From Candidatus Obscuribacteraceae bacterium (GTDB lineage: Bacteria > Cyanobacteriota > Vampirovibrionia > Obscuribacterales > Obscuribacteraceae), in the NCBI GenBank assembly GCA_044226015.1, contig JBGAHS010000007.1, positions 384,001-448,000 on the forward strand: 64,000 bases of DNA, given 5' to 3'. This document shows positions 15,001 through 20,880 of the stretch, piece by piece; position 1 is the first letter of the stretch; the number at the start of each line of letters is the position of its first letter. A program made the position numbers and the translations under genes. The notes below the pieces were generated by a model. The model worked only from the letters and a program-made list of their open reading frames with translations, did no database searches and was not told the origin of the DNA.

Positions 15001-18000
15001 CTCACATCAGGAAACAATGGATTCACAAGCGTGCCATCGGGCAAAACTGTTACCGGTGGTTCCGTACAAATCAACACGCCAGATCTGAAAGTTGATGGCA
15101 ACATAAATTCAACAACGGGCAATATTGCAGTTGATAGCAATAAAGCTGGCGGTGCTTTAATCGTTGAAATGGGCAAGGGATCCAAGATAACCGCAGCTAA
15201 CAATCAAGGCATTAACTTCAATGGCAATGTCCCTGGCGGTGGTGCGATCAGCGTCACGGGCGGAGGTGACCTCAGCGCACCTGGTCCGAATGGTCACGTC
15301 GGGGTCAATGGTGGCGCTAATGATGTCACTATCAACGTCAATTCAGTTGACTGCTGTGTTATCGGTCTGGGTGCAGCAACAGGACCTGTCGGTCAGCAAG
15401 CTCCGTTTGGTGGCGCTAATGTATCACTGACAGTAGCGACTGGTGATGCGAAGCTTGGTGCACTGGCTGCAAGCGGTAACATCGATATATTGACCAACTC
15501 GACCACAGGCAAAGCCGTGGTCTGCGACAACGTTGTTGCCAGTGGCAAGTTGACAATGACCTCGGGCAACGCAGGTTCGACAGACATTACTGCTAACAAG
15601 TTTGTGAATGCTGGTTCTGTCCAAATCAATACACCAACGTTGAATGTGAATGGAACAGCGCAAATCAACTCAACTGTTGGGACCATCAATATAGATAGTA
15701 ATGCTCCGGGAGCAAATCCGGCTGCACTCACAGTCAATCTCGGCACTGGTTCATCCATTAATGCGAACCCTGGGCAGAGCGTCAACTTCAATGGTGGCGT
15801 AACTGGTGGTGGTCAGATTACAGTGACCGGTCAGGGTAGCATAACTGCTGGAGCTGGCGGACATGTCGGTGTCAACGGTGGTGACGATGCCGTAAGTATC
15901 AACGTGAGAGCAATTGATTGTTGTGTGATTGGTCTGGGTGCTACGTTGATTGGTCCTGTTGGTCAACAAGCTCCACTCGGCGGTAATTCAGTCGACATCA
16001 CGGTGTCTAGTGGTAATGTTCAGGTAGGACCACTAGCATCCAACACCACATTGAATGCCACCACCACCGATGCTAATGGTAAGGCAGTTGTATGCGATAA
16101 CATCGCAGCAATTGGCAATATTACATTGACTTCTGGTTCTAATGGCTCGACTGATATCACTGCAGACAAGTTCGTAAATGGCGCTGCGATTCAAATCAAT
16201 ACTCCTTCGCTGAACGTCAATGGCAAAGCACAAATCAATGCCAGTACTGGTGGTGTGAATGTTGACAGCAACGCCACCGGCGGTGCCTTGAGCGTCAACA
16301 TCGGTACTGACTCGCAGATCAAGGGTGCTAGCGGAACCTTTGTTGAATTCAATAAGAACGTCCCGGCAGGTGGTGCAATCACTGTATCTGGTCAGGGCAA
16401 TCTGAGTGCTGGTTCGACCGGACACATTGGTGTCAATGGAGGAGCCGGTGCGGTGAGCATTGATGTTAAGTCCATCGATTGCTGCGTCATCGGACTGGGT
16501 GCCGCTTCTGGTCCTGTAGGGCAGCAAGCTCCACTTGGTGGTTCATCCGTCGGGGTAAAAGTGTCTAGCGGAAATGTTCAACTTGGACCTATATCATCGA
16601 CTGGTAATATCAATGCGAGTACAACAGACAACAACGGTAATGCAGTCGCTTGTGGCAATATCGCCGCTGGTGGTGATGCCACGCTTACCTCTGGAAACAA
16701 TGGCTTCACTACAATTCCAACTAATACATTTATCAATGGAACAAATGTACAGATAACAACACCAGATTTGAAGCTGAACGGAACTGCGACCGTTAATTCA
16801 AATGGCGGCAACATAGCGATTGACAGCAATAAAGCTGGCGGCGCTTTGATTGTTGAAATGGGCAAGGGCTCATCCTTGAATGCTTCAACTGATAAGGCAG
16901 TCAATTTCAATGGTGGCGTAACTGGTGGCGGTCAGATTACTGTTACTGGACCTGGCAGCATAACCGCAGCTGGACCGAATGGTTCTGTCGGAGTCAACGG
17001 TGGCACAAGTCCTGTCTTGATTGATGTCACCACAGTAAACTGCTGCGTAAACGGTCTTGGTGCTGTTGACCCAGCTTCCGGTGCTCGGCTTGGTGGTTCG
17101 AAGATTGATTTGAAGGTCACTAGTGGGTCTACCGGAATAGGTGATCTTTATAGCCCTGGCGCTATTTCGGTAACTGACACTGACACCTCTGCAACCGTAA
17201 ATGTTTGCAAGAACGTCTCTGGTTCACAGGTGACTGTCACTTCTCCAAACGTGAATTTCCAACCTAACGCTACCTTATATACAACCGCTGGGGATGTTGT
17301 TTTACAAAGTAATGACCCCGTTGGTCATGTTCTCACACTTACTTTCGGCGATAAATCGGGCATCAATGCTGGCACAAACAATGTCAACTTGAACCCGACA
17401 AATCCTGGCAAAATCAGCACGGGAAGCACTGGAAAAGGTGACATCGTTGCAAAATCAGTGGGCGTGAATGGTGGTACGGACAGTGTCACTCTGGACGTTC
17501 ATAGTGCAGAATGCTGTATTGTCGGTCTGGGCGCTGTTGGCGGTCCGGCATCACTTCCACTTGGTGGTTCATCAGTCAGCATAACAGTCGCAACCGGTAA
17601 CACAGGGGTCGGACCTCTGTATTCTCCAGGCTCAGTTGCTGTTACAAACAACGACACAAGCTCAGGCAAGGGTAACGTCAATGTTTGTGGCAACGTAAAT
17701 GCCTCTGACATTTCCCTTACCGGCAAAGGTGTTGTGTTCACAGGACCGAACACCATATCTTCAACTACTGGTGGTGTCACACTTCAAGGAAATTCTAGCG
17801 CCGGTCTCGACATTACATTTGTTGCTGGCTCTGGCATTTCTGCACCGGGTCAGGCTGTTAACTTCAATCCGACACTGGCTGGTCCCATCACAACTCTCAG
17901 CAGTGGCGTCGGTGATATCAATGCTGGAAGCGTGGGCGTCAATGGTGGCAGCACCGGAGATGTGCTGCTCAACGTGAACACGATAAGCTGTTGTGTCTCG

Positions 18001-20661
18001 GGGCTCGGCGCGATGACTGGTGGTGCGCATCAAGCTTCACTTGGAGGTCAATCTGTCACAGTTCAGGTGAGCACGGGCAACGTCGGGTTGGGTGCTATCG
18101 CTAGTTCTACTGGCGGACTCAGTGCTTCGACCCTCGATTCCAAAGGAAATGCGAACGTTTGTGGAAATGTAATCGCTGGTGACAAGGTCAGCTTGACCTC
18201 AGGTGATAAGGGTTCTGTAAATGTTCCAACCGGAACCTTTGTAGATGGCAATTCGATTGCAGTAACCACTCCAACATTGAATTTGAATGGCAATGCTTCA
18301 ATGAACTCTACGGGCGGCATCATCAATGTTGATACCGTGAAGGGTGGAACACTCACCGTCAACATGGGTAGTGGCTCTTCGATTAATGGTGCGCAAAATC
18401 AGCCTGTTAATTTCAATCAGAACATTCCTGGTGGTGCCAAAATAACAATAGTTGGACCGGGTTCTATCTCGGGTGGTTCTGTTGGAGTAAATGGTGGCAA
18501 TGAAGCGGTCAACATAAACGTCACCAGCGTAAGCTGTTGCGTTAACGGATTAGGTCCAGCAGGACCTGGTGGAGCGCCGCTTGGTGGCAGTTCCATCACT
18601 CTGAATGTGAGTTCAGGAAGCACTGGTATCGGGGCATTGTACAGCCCCGGCGCCATCTCTGTTACTGACACAGATGTCCAAGCTGGTAACGTGAATATCT
18701 GCGGTAATGTAACTGGCAGCAAGGTCACACTAACAACTCCGACGGTGACCTTCACTGGTCCAAATACTATCGCTACTACGGGCGGTGACATAGTCATTCA
18801 AAGCAACGCAGCTAAGCAAAACCTGACGTTGAATTTTGCTCCAGGAAGTGGCTTATCCGCTCCAGATCACAAAGTCAACTTCAATCCACAGAAAGCTGGT
18901 CCAATAACCGCTGTCGGCGGAAATGGTGATATCAACGCCAAGAACGTTGGTGTCAACGGTGGACTCAGTGGAAATGTTGTGCTCGACATGAATTCAATCA
19001 ACTGTTGTGTTCGTGGATTGGGTCCGAGCAGACCGTCCGACGGTGGACCGCCTCTCGGTGGTCTCAACGTAACCATATCAGTACAAGTTGGCAACGTGTC
19101 TGTCGGTCCGATGTCTGCCGTTGGCGCTATCAAAGCCACCACTGCAGACCCGAATGGCAAAGTAATACAGTGCGGGAATGTAGTGCCATTCGCACCGGAA
19201 TCGCTGCCTCCTGTTGTGGGCAGCTCGAAAGTCACTAGCACAACTCAGCCTCAATTCAGCGTAGCGCTTGATACCAACTTCCCGTGGCTGGTTAATGGAT
19301 TGACCCAAAACGATTTGAGTAATAACCAGATTTACGAAGAAATGGTTTACCCTCTGGCTGACATTTATGTATGCGCTCCGAGAAAACTCTCAGTTAAGAA
19401 GAACTCTCAAACGCCAAATCTGGATGAATGGATCCTGGTTGTTAATGATAAACAGCCATTCAGTTTAACTACCGACGATGCTTTCGTGCTTGCAGAAGTT
19501 GGTGCTGAATTCAATTATTCCAGCCCTGGAGTGTTAGTGCAGAGAAGCGGTGCTCTTGCTCTCTTCAGTGGTAAGAGTGCTGTTTCAATCAAAGTTGGTG
19601 ATGGTACCTTCACTCTTGCACCAAACTCCGTTGTTCTTGTTAAAACTGACGGTAACAAGTTCAATGGAATTTGTGCCAAGGGAACAGCGACATTCTTCGC
19701 TCCTCAGCAAAAGCCAATTGCTATGACTGAGCTTGATCAGATAAGCGCTGCGCCTTCCAATGAGAATGGTCAAAATACACTATCTGTGGTGCCTGGAAAG
19801 GTTTCTGCTGCTGTGTTGGCAGGCAGTTCGTTGATGAAGAAAGAGACTTGTTGCGATCCAATACAAAAGAAAATGATTCGTGATGTGCGCAATGCCGTCG
19901 GTGGCGCAGGAGCAAGCAAGCCACAGCCAGGAAATATTTCGTATTTCCCATTGTTGTTGCCCACAACAGAAGCAAACACAGAGTCACCATTCAATAGCAT
20001 TGGATTTGAACAAAACCTCCAAGCCGCTTCAGTTGCAGGGTTGAGTTCTGTTCAAACCGTACTGGATAAGGACTTTGATATGTTTGCAGTTTCTTCTGCG
20101 AAATACTCCGTTCCAAATAAACAGCATGTTGATTTGCAAGAAGGTGAAATTGTTGTCGATTCTAAGAGCAGCACCACTGTCTCTGCTGGTGACTTGACTT
20201 TCACTTTGCAAAAAGGCACCACAGCGTCCTTCATCAAGAAGCAGAATGTGGTGGCCGTTAAGAACCTGTCAGACAACTGGACACTCAAGCCTTCTATCCA
20301 GGTGAAAGTGAACGGAAGACCGGCTGGAAGCGTGCTTATCGGTAACGAGGTAATCGTCAGTGCTAATAACGAATCGGTCAACAGATTCATCAGCTCAGAC
20401 CTGGTCGGTCGCAGAAGAAGCAATGTTCAAGACCTTGCTCAGCACAAGGTTGCTTTGACAAACAGTGAATTTTCTCTTGTGTCTTACTGTATTGAAAGCC
20501 CAGTATTGCGCCATCTCTTCCGCACTGAAGGTCAGGCACGATTGCTGTTCAACCGCATCATGAAAGCTGCTGTCAGTATTAATATGGCTACCACAAGCCA
20601 TGGAAACTACAGTTCTGGTTTCAGAATCGGAACCAACAAGGGGTTCGATCCGAATAACTAG
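1..20661 (+). CDS. Giant-1: giant Gly/Ser/Thr/Asn-rich (hemagglutinin-like, probably beta-helical) surface/exoprotein, 5'-truncated by the window edge
   Basis: The frame is open from base 1 (gct ggt gca...), so the TTG at 31 is probably internal. It is over 6,880 codons long. The first ~7 kb has recurring GxGG[TSN]IxLxA repeats, followed by 21 Cys-Cys modules (8053-19003) and a compositionally normal C-terminal ~450 aa. The TAG stop is followed by a terminator. Confidence 0.9.
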   Translation, partial: AGAASSGGSVLLQGKDWITSGSGVLNIVADGFGSGSGGSVAFATTSSGSNVTVGSLGGTVTPSLDISAHSGASGGNGGSISVKAGGNLTVNNDPAHFDANPKGTDGAGQSLTFIAGNNGNSGDLFVNTSLSAKGVGNGNGGTIHLETSSAGQFNIGTGSVSPGVNGTLDASAGPTSGNGGTVYVQNHGAGGLNLGATTNVNVAASSGPAGGSGGNITLDAGSGALTIPLSAAPGGATLNAGATGGGTKDGGSITLNANTITMPNTGQTLTLDVHGIGGGNAGKVTTTQGSGPINFDGTAGNFKIDGRSGDGAVITITTPGKLTYDPSVNPYLPLDPNGDGARLTLTSTSGDLYVNGSLDASGVGTGSGGLISLSSNSAGNTPFTIAPGAVTNGVNGTLKANGGTLGGNAGTIQVFDHAANGGSAASKGIIVGDTSNISAVGFQGNGGNIVLKSDNRTVEFQSTKGGTSLDASATGGNFSGGSIDVTGTRIDSNTIKGLTFNANGSGTGAGGAIHLTATDSTIGSITLGTGSGEVQLNAKSGTGATADGGSITVDAAVDITGSSASLNVDSLATADGNGGAIRLHAGLSGNGHIRIAGDVSADGKGKGNGGLVEISSPFNNNFTLGSATGLDYITGKISAKAPVTGTGGTVNIINTRAGAPLNIDFTLTGLIDAGSAQGLFGNVDLLVNGARGSTPNPAAGESVTVTSVAGGGQINGFITTYGTDVAIKTDAPNARVDIGEIRTNFAAATVGTINIDSSNGQGIVSIGEGHKLIAKDNVNITTEIFIDNTTIFQSQKNNGQIVVQSPAGSDLFVRGEGYLTLTGTGSGNLIKFAVPANKTLHVENNLTLQPNDDLSKIQYLAGANGTVVIQAGRTQLINDGAEVVVSTTTFELGSGSSIKANPPGGRTTSIIVDTGASNTDLTVKLDGSASLVAGGSGTPTINIGPTATTADGRNLTFQNNSGGSATLSLLGGDVTTHITSTTAKAVETIDNKLTITADHNILMTANQAVGATQISEIQNNGTINTSLAGGNITAQSNGDLAVDGTNGTWSVSGGAGAINLKASVGSLTGHQLNIGGTQTYDPGAGGTVLYDSPICSVPIGSVNISGTQLVTNTPQNATLTINTALLTFASATALTVQNPSTAVVGLNVTCPSGCDLTVQSPSGGTATLTTTGSKFQIGPSTAGKNLSFTDSGASTANLLFRGGTVTTNTSAGGTQTVAANVNINANNLITMNVDNGTLSNFGIIGATTAANAPGAITVQSSVGNLTISNLGTITVNPAGVGAGAGGTIQILDTPGTLSIASGSLDASAVGPGNFAGGTITVTAQNIGITGGNLNLSADGNGTGKGGTVNVTATSNTGDISVGGASANFNIAARGGGGGGNGGTINLSAGRTVSISSTGGSNFNVSPTAANGSGGDINITASTATSTGDLTIAVDLSSNGLGTGNGGNIKLTNNSTGSINVQGKLQADSGAAGGRGGTITVRNTGGGSATSAITLSNTVSATSVTNNGTFGTITIDSAGASGNGIIDIQSPTITADNVGTGGGSARGGAVSITGRNITLSAGSAHSITADGPTSGSGSGGQVTLNTSSNPASDITLTSGLGGLTMSAHSGSTGGNGGTVTVTAGRNVSLASTGVVDAGVVSGTGNGGSILITGSAGAGSNGVVTIQPTLTVNGSGGGSGGTIKVINNSNAPGAIVINGGTDSLLANGGTGGTILVQNNGQGGTNGGISIQGNVSATSSVSGNPASNTITIDASGNGGGPVSFSTGSVKADVLAGGNGTGGTILIQGSAFTLGGTAGAISSNGAGIGDGGKITIKASGAIADVNIGAGGGAFAVTANATGTGSGGSISVTAGNDINISPTAILQANAKTTGKGGSISLTASSSSTNGVINDLAPISANGAGVGNGGSVTMVNNSSAADAIYIDQAISVDAGVTGSGGTISLTNAGVAGGNGGIHLATKANLSAKSSNANASVATSITIDGKGSGLNPNGVISLDNDSISVAGTGASGSGGNVLVRGEGISLTGVVVKQIDASAAPGSAGGTITFTSLGASNDVSLSAGPGLVLRAQGGSGSGGNGGSVIVDSGKSISLPSPATQILVNPQGTNGNGGNITLRAGNAAAGDLIVGGTVNADGAGSGKGGNIVASLGTAGSGLFQINGNVSANGGSTGNGGTISLTYNDPTNPLHTGSSPATESFVSGTISANGGASAATTGGDITVATNANATLNVDLGNVIQAAKGPGGTLGTLTFDKAGQAVNVVGSSQLIGQVLSHGKSINIDTGAANCVITVRDIVSTSGDVSLKVPCPTGTIEIGPNTTSATPLVQAQGGVVNTFGEFLTMSGAGKITANLAGGTSNIRANTISMAGSSVIESTGANSTLNVQACCTSNLTVNFATGSPTIRNTGTGNSDVNFNSLVNGPVTINSPGVGTISATRNVSFNGGNGSGDVLVSIAQVSGTITGTGHAFSVTTTTGNLTANGITTSTGGSNILLNASGGAVSASNVAGEGDITLTGGNGGVTANTISTNNGKFTATANKTGNIVATDVSSSNTLTLQNNVTNGTITSNGKVQSSGAAVVINTTGNTGSYQNNGSVSGTSVTVTSPQSTLAASASITGTTGSVNFDSNSSTLGLTVNLGINSSATAFSGSSVNFNKNTTGGPITVSGQGDLSAGAKGSVGVNGGAGAVSIDVRSIDCCVIGLGVATGPVGAQAPLGGASVAVKVSSGNVQVGPIAASTGALSAVTTDANGNAVACDNLFAGGAVTLTSGNNGFTSVPSGKTVTGGSVQINTPDLKVDGNINSTTGNVAVDSNKAGGALIVEMGKGSKISAANNQGINFNGGVAGGGSISVTGAGDLSAPGANGHVGVNGGANDVTINVNSVDCCVIGLGASTGPIGQQAPLGGANVSLTVATGDAKIGALAASGNVDVLTNSTTGKAVICDNVVATGKLTMTSGNAGSTDITANKFVNAGSVQINTPTLNVNGTAQINSTVGTINIDSNAPGANPAALTVNLGSGSSINAKTGQSVNFNGGVSGGGQITVTGQGSITAGATGHVGVNGGDDAVSINVKAIDCCVIGLGATLIGPVGQQGPLGGNSVDITVSSGNVQVGPLASNTTLNATTTDANGKAVVCDNIAANGKITLTSGSNSSTDITANKFVNGSTVQINTPTLNVNGTAQINGTSGGVNVDSNAASKALTVNMGTDSQIKGASGTFVEFNKNVAGGGAITVSGQGNLLAGSSGHIGVNGGTGAVSINVKSIDCCVIGLGAATGPVGAQAPLGGASVAVQVSSGNVQVGPIAAATGALSAVTTDANANAIVCDNLFAGGAVTLTSGNNGFTSVPSGKTVTGGSVQINTPDLKVDGNINSTTGNVAVDSNKAGGVLIVEMGKGSKISAANNQGINFNGGVAGGGSISVTGAGDLSAPGANGHVGVNGGANDVTINVNSVDCCVIGLGASTGPIGQQAPLGGANVSLTVATGDAKIGALAASGNVDVLTNSTTGKAVICDNVVATGKLTMTSGNAGSTDITANKFVNAGSVQINTPTLNVNGTAQINSSVGTINIDSNAPGANPAALTVNLGTGSSINAKAGQSVNFNGGVSGGGQITVSGQGSITAGAGGLVGVNGGDDAVSINVRAIDCCVVGLGATLLGPVGQQAPLGGSSVDISVSNGNVQVGPLASSTTLNATTTEANGKAVVCDNIAATGKITLTSGSSGSSDITANKFVNGSTVQINTPTLNLNGTAQINGTTGGVNVDSNAASKALSINMGTDSQIKGASGTFVEFNKNVAGGGAITVTGQGHLLAGSGGHIGVNGGTGAVSINVKSIDCCVIGLGAATGPVGAQAPLGGASVAVQVSSGNVQVGPIAAATGALSAVTTDANANAIVCDNLVAGGAVTLTSGNNGFTSVPSGKTVTGGSVQINTPDLKVDGNINSTTGNIAVDSNKAGGALVVEMGKGSKITAANNQGINFNGGVAGGGSISVTGAGDLSAPGANGHVGVNGGANDVTINVNSVDCCVIGLGAATGPVGQQAPLGGKNVSLTVATGDAKLGALAASGNIDILTNSTTGKAVVCDNVVASGKLTMTSGNAGSTDITANKFVNAGSVQINTPTLNVNGTAQINSTVGTINIDSNAPGANPAALTVNLGTGSSINANPGQSVNLNGGVSGGGQITVTGQGSITAGAGGHVGVNGGDDAVSINVRAIDCCVIGLGATLLGPVGQQAPLGGSSVDITVSNGNVQVGPLASSTTLNATTTDANGKAVVCDNIAATGKITLTSGSNGATDITANKFVNGSTVQINTPTLNLNGTAQINGTTGGVNVDSNSASKALSVNMGTDSQIKGASGTFVEFNKNVAGGGAITVTGQGNLSAGSSGHIGVNGGAGAVSIDVKSIDCCVIGLGAATGPVGAQAPLGGASVAVQVSSGNVQVGPIAATGALTATTTDANGNAVACDNLVAGGTLTMTSGNNGSLSVPLGKTLTGGSIQLTTPNLKVDGSIISTVGNVNVDSNKAGGTLIVNMGTGSKITAANNQGINFNGNVPGGGAISVTGGGDLSAPGPNGHVGVNGGANDVTINVNSVDCCVIGLGAATGPVGQQAPLGGKNVSLTVAAGDAKIGALAASGNIDVLTNSSTGKAVVCDNVVAAGNLTMTSGNAGSTDITANKFVNAASVQINTPTLNVNGTAQINSTVGAINIDSNAPGANPSALTVNLGTGSSINANPGQSVNFNGGVKGGGQITVTGQGSITAGAGGHVGVNGGDDAVSINVRAIDCCVIGLGTTMLGPVGQQAPLGGSSVDVTVSSGNVQVGPLASSGVLNATTTDTNGKAVVCDNIAANGSITLTSGSNGSTDISADKFVNGSTIQINTPTLNVNGKAQINASSGGVNVDSNSVGGALTVNLGTDSQIKGASGTFVEFNKNVPAGGAITIAGQGNLSAGSTGHIGVNGGAGAVSINVKSIDCCVIGLGAATGPVGAQAPLGGASVAVQVSSGNVQIGSIAAATGALSAVTTDANANAIVCDNLFAGGAVTLTSGNNGFTSVPSGKTVTGGSVQINTPDLKVDGNINSTTGNIAVDSNKAGGALIVEMGKGSKITAANNQGINFNGNVPGGGAISVTGGGDLSAPGPNGHVGVNGGANDVTINVNSVDCCVIGLGAATGPVGQQAPFGGANVSLTVATGDAKLGALAASGNIDILTNSTTGKAVVCDNVVASGKLTMTSGNAGSTDITANKFVNAGSVQINTPTLNVNGTAQINSTVGTINIDSNAPGANPAALTVNLGTGSSINANPGQSVNFNGGVTGGGQITVTGQGSITAGAGGHVGVNGGDDAVSINVRAIDCCVIGLGATLIGPVGQQAPLGGNSVDITVSSGNVQVGPLASNTTLNATTTDANGKAVVCDNIAAIGNITLTSGSNGSTDITADKFVNGAAIQINTPSLNVNGKAQINASTGGVNVDSNATGGALSVNIGTDSQIKGASGTFVEFNKNVPAGGAITVSGQGNLSAGSTGHIGVNGGAGAVSIDVKSIDCCVIGLGAASGPVGQQAPLGGSSVGVKVSSGNVQLGPISSTGNINASTTDNNGNAVACGNIAAGGDATLTSGNNGFTTIPTNTFINGTNVQITTPDLKLNGTATVNSNGGNIAIDSNKAGGALIVEMGKGSSLNASTDKAVNFNGGVTGGGQITVTGPGSITAAGPNGSVGVNGGTSPVLIDVTTVNCCVNGLGAVDPASGARLGGSKIDLKVTSGSTGIGDLYSPGAISVTDTDTSATVNVCKNVSGSQVTVTSPNVNFQPNATLYTTAGDVVLQSNDPVGHVLTLTFGDKSGINAGTNNVNLNPTNPGKISTGSTGKGDIVAKSVGVNGGTDSVTLDVHSAECCIVGLGAVGGPASLPLGGSSVSITVATGNTGVGPLYSPGSVAVTNNDTSSGKGNVNVCGNVNASDISLTGKGVVFTGPNTISSTTGGVTLQGNSSAGLDITFVAGSGISAPGQAVNFNPTLAGPITTLSSGVGDINAGSVGVNGGSTGDVLLNVNTISCCVSGLGAMTGGAHQASLGGQSVTVQVSTGNVGLGAIASSTGGLSASTLDSKGNANVCGNVIAGDKVSLTSGDKGSVNVPTGTFVDGNSIAVTTPTLNLNGNASMNSTGGIINVDTVKGGTLTVNMGSGSSINGAQNQPVNFNQNIPGGAKITIVGPGSISGGSVGVNGGNEAVNINVTSVSCCVNGLGPAGPGGAPLGGSSITLNVSSGSTGIGALYSPGAISVTDTDVQAGNVNICGNVTGSKVTLTTPTVTFTGPNTIATTGGDIVIQSNAAKQNLTLNFAPGSGLSAPDHKVNFNPQKAGPITAVGGNGDINAKNVGVNGGLSGNVVLDMNSINCCVRGLGPSRPSDGGPPLGGLNVTISVQVGNVSVGPMSAVGAIKATTADPNGKVIQCGNVVPFAPESLPPVVGSSKVTSTTQPQFSVALDTNFPWLVNGLTQNDLSNNQIYEEMVYPLADIYVCAPRKLSVKKNSQTPNLDEWILVVNDKQPFSLTTDDAFVLAEVGAEFNYSSPGVLVQRSGALALFSGKSAVSIKVGDGTFTLAPNSVVLVKTDGNKFNGICAKGTATFFAPQQKPIAMTELDQISAAPSNENGQNTLSVVPGKVSAAVLAGSSLMKKETCCDPIQKKMIRDVRNAVGGAGASKPQPGNISYFPLLLPTTEANTESPFNSIGFEQNLQAASVAGLSSVQTVLDKDFDMFAVSSAKYSVPNKQHVDLQEGEIVVDSKSSTTVSAGDLTFTLQKGTTASFIKKQNVVAVKNLSDNWTLKPSIQVKVNGRPAGSVLIGNEVIVSANNESVNRFISSDLVGRRRSNVQDLAQHKVALTNSEFSLVSYCIESPVLRHLFRTEGQARLLFNRIMKAAVSINMATTSHGNYSSGFRIGTNKGFDPNN
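7900..16900 (+). repeat. Intragenic tandem super-repeat, period 1686 nt (562 aa), about 5.3 copies, each made of three 186/189/187-aa modules
   Basis: The first Cys codon of each DCC motif lies at 8053, 8611, 9178, 9739, 10297, 10864, 11425, 11983, 12550, 13111, 13666, 14233, 14794, 15352, 15919 and 16480. Spacings cycle 558/567/561 nt, with one 555. Confidence 0.95.
16900..19190 (+). repeat. Five further degenerate Cys-Cys modules (156-187 aa spacing)
   Basis: VGVNGG...CC(V/I)xGLG...LGG...C[GK]N motif, with CC at 17041, 17512, 17989, 18535 and 19003. Confidence 0.9.
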
Positions 20662-20683
20662 AGCTTCACAATAACTCCAAGAG

Positions 20684-20709
20684 AAGGGAGCCCTCGGGCT
20701 CCCTTTTTG
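20684..20709 (+). terminator. Intrinsic terminator of Giant-1
   Basis: AAGGGAGCCC-TC-GGGCTCCCTT hairpin running into a T-tract, about 22 nt after the stop. Confidence 0.9.
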
Positions 20710-20880
20710 ATTTTTGAATTCATTCTAATGCACTTACCTAATCGTAATTCTCCCCTGTACCGGTGATTCTGATTTATATATCCTTACATTCGTGGCAGAG
20801 CGCAAGCTCATAAGTCTTTCAGGGCATGGTTTTTGATATTTGCAGCTCCTGGTCTTTGACCAGGTGTTTTTGGTTTTCGG

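Noticed and set aside
190..20601. Dozens of short antisense or alternate-frame ORFs over Giant-1, and likewise over Giant-2 and Giant-3
   Set aside because: They are Pro/Leu-rich shadows of Gly/Ser/Thr codons. They recur with the repeat period and have no RBS or family motifs.
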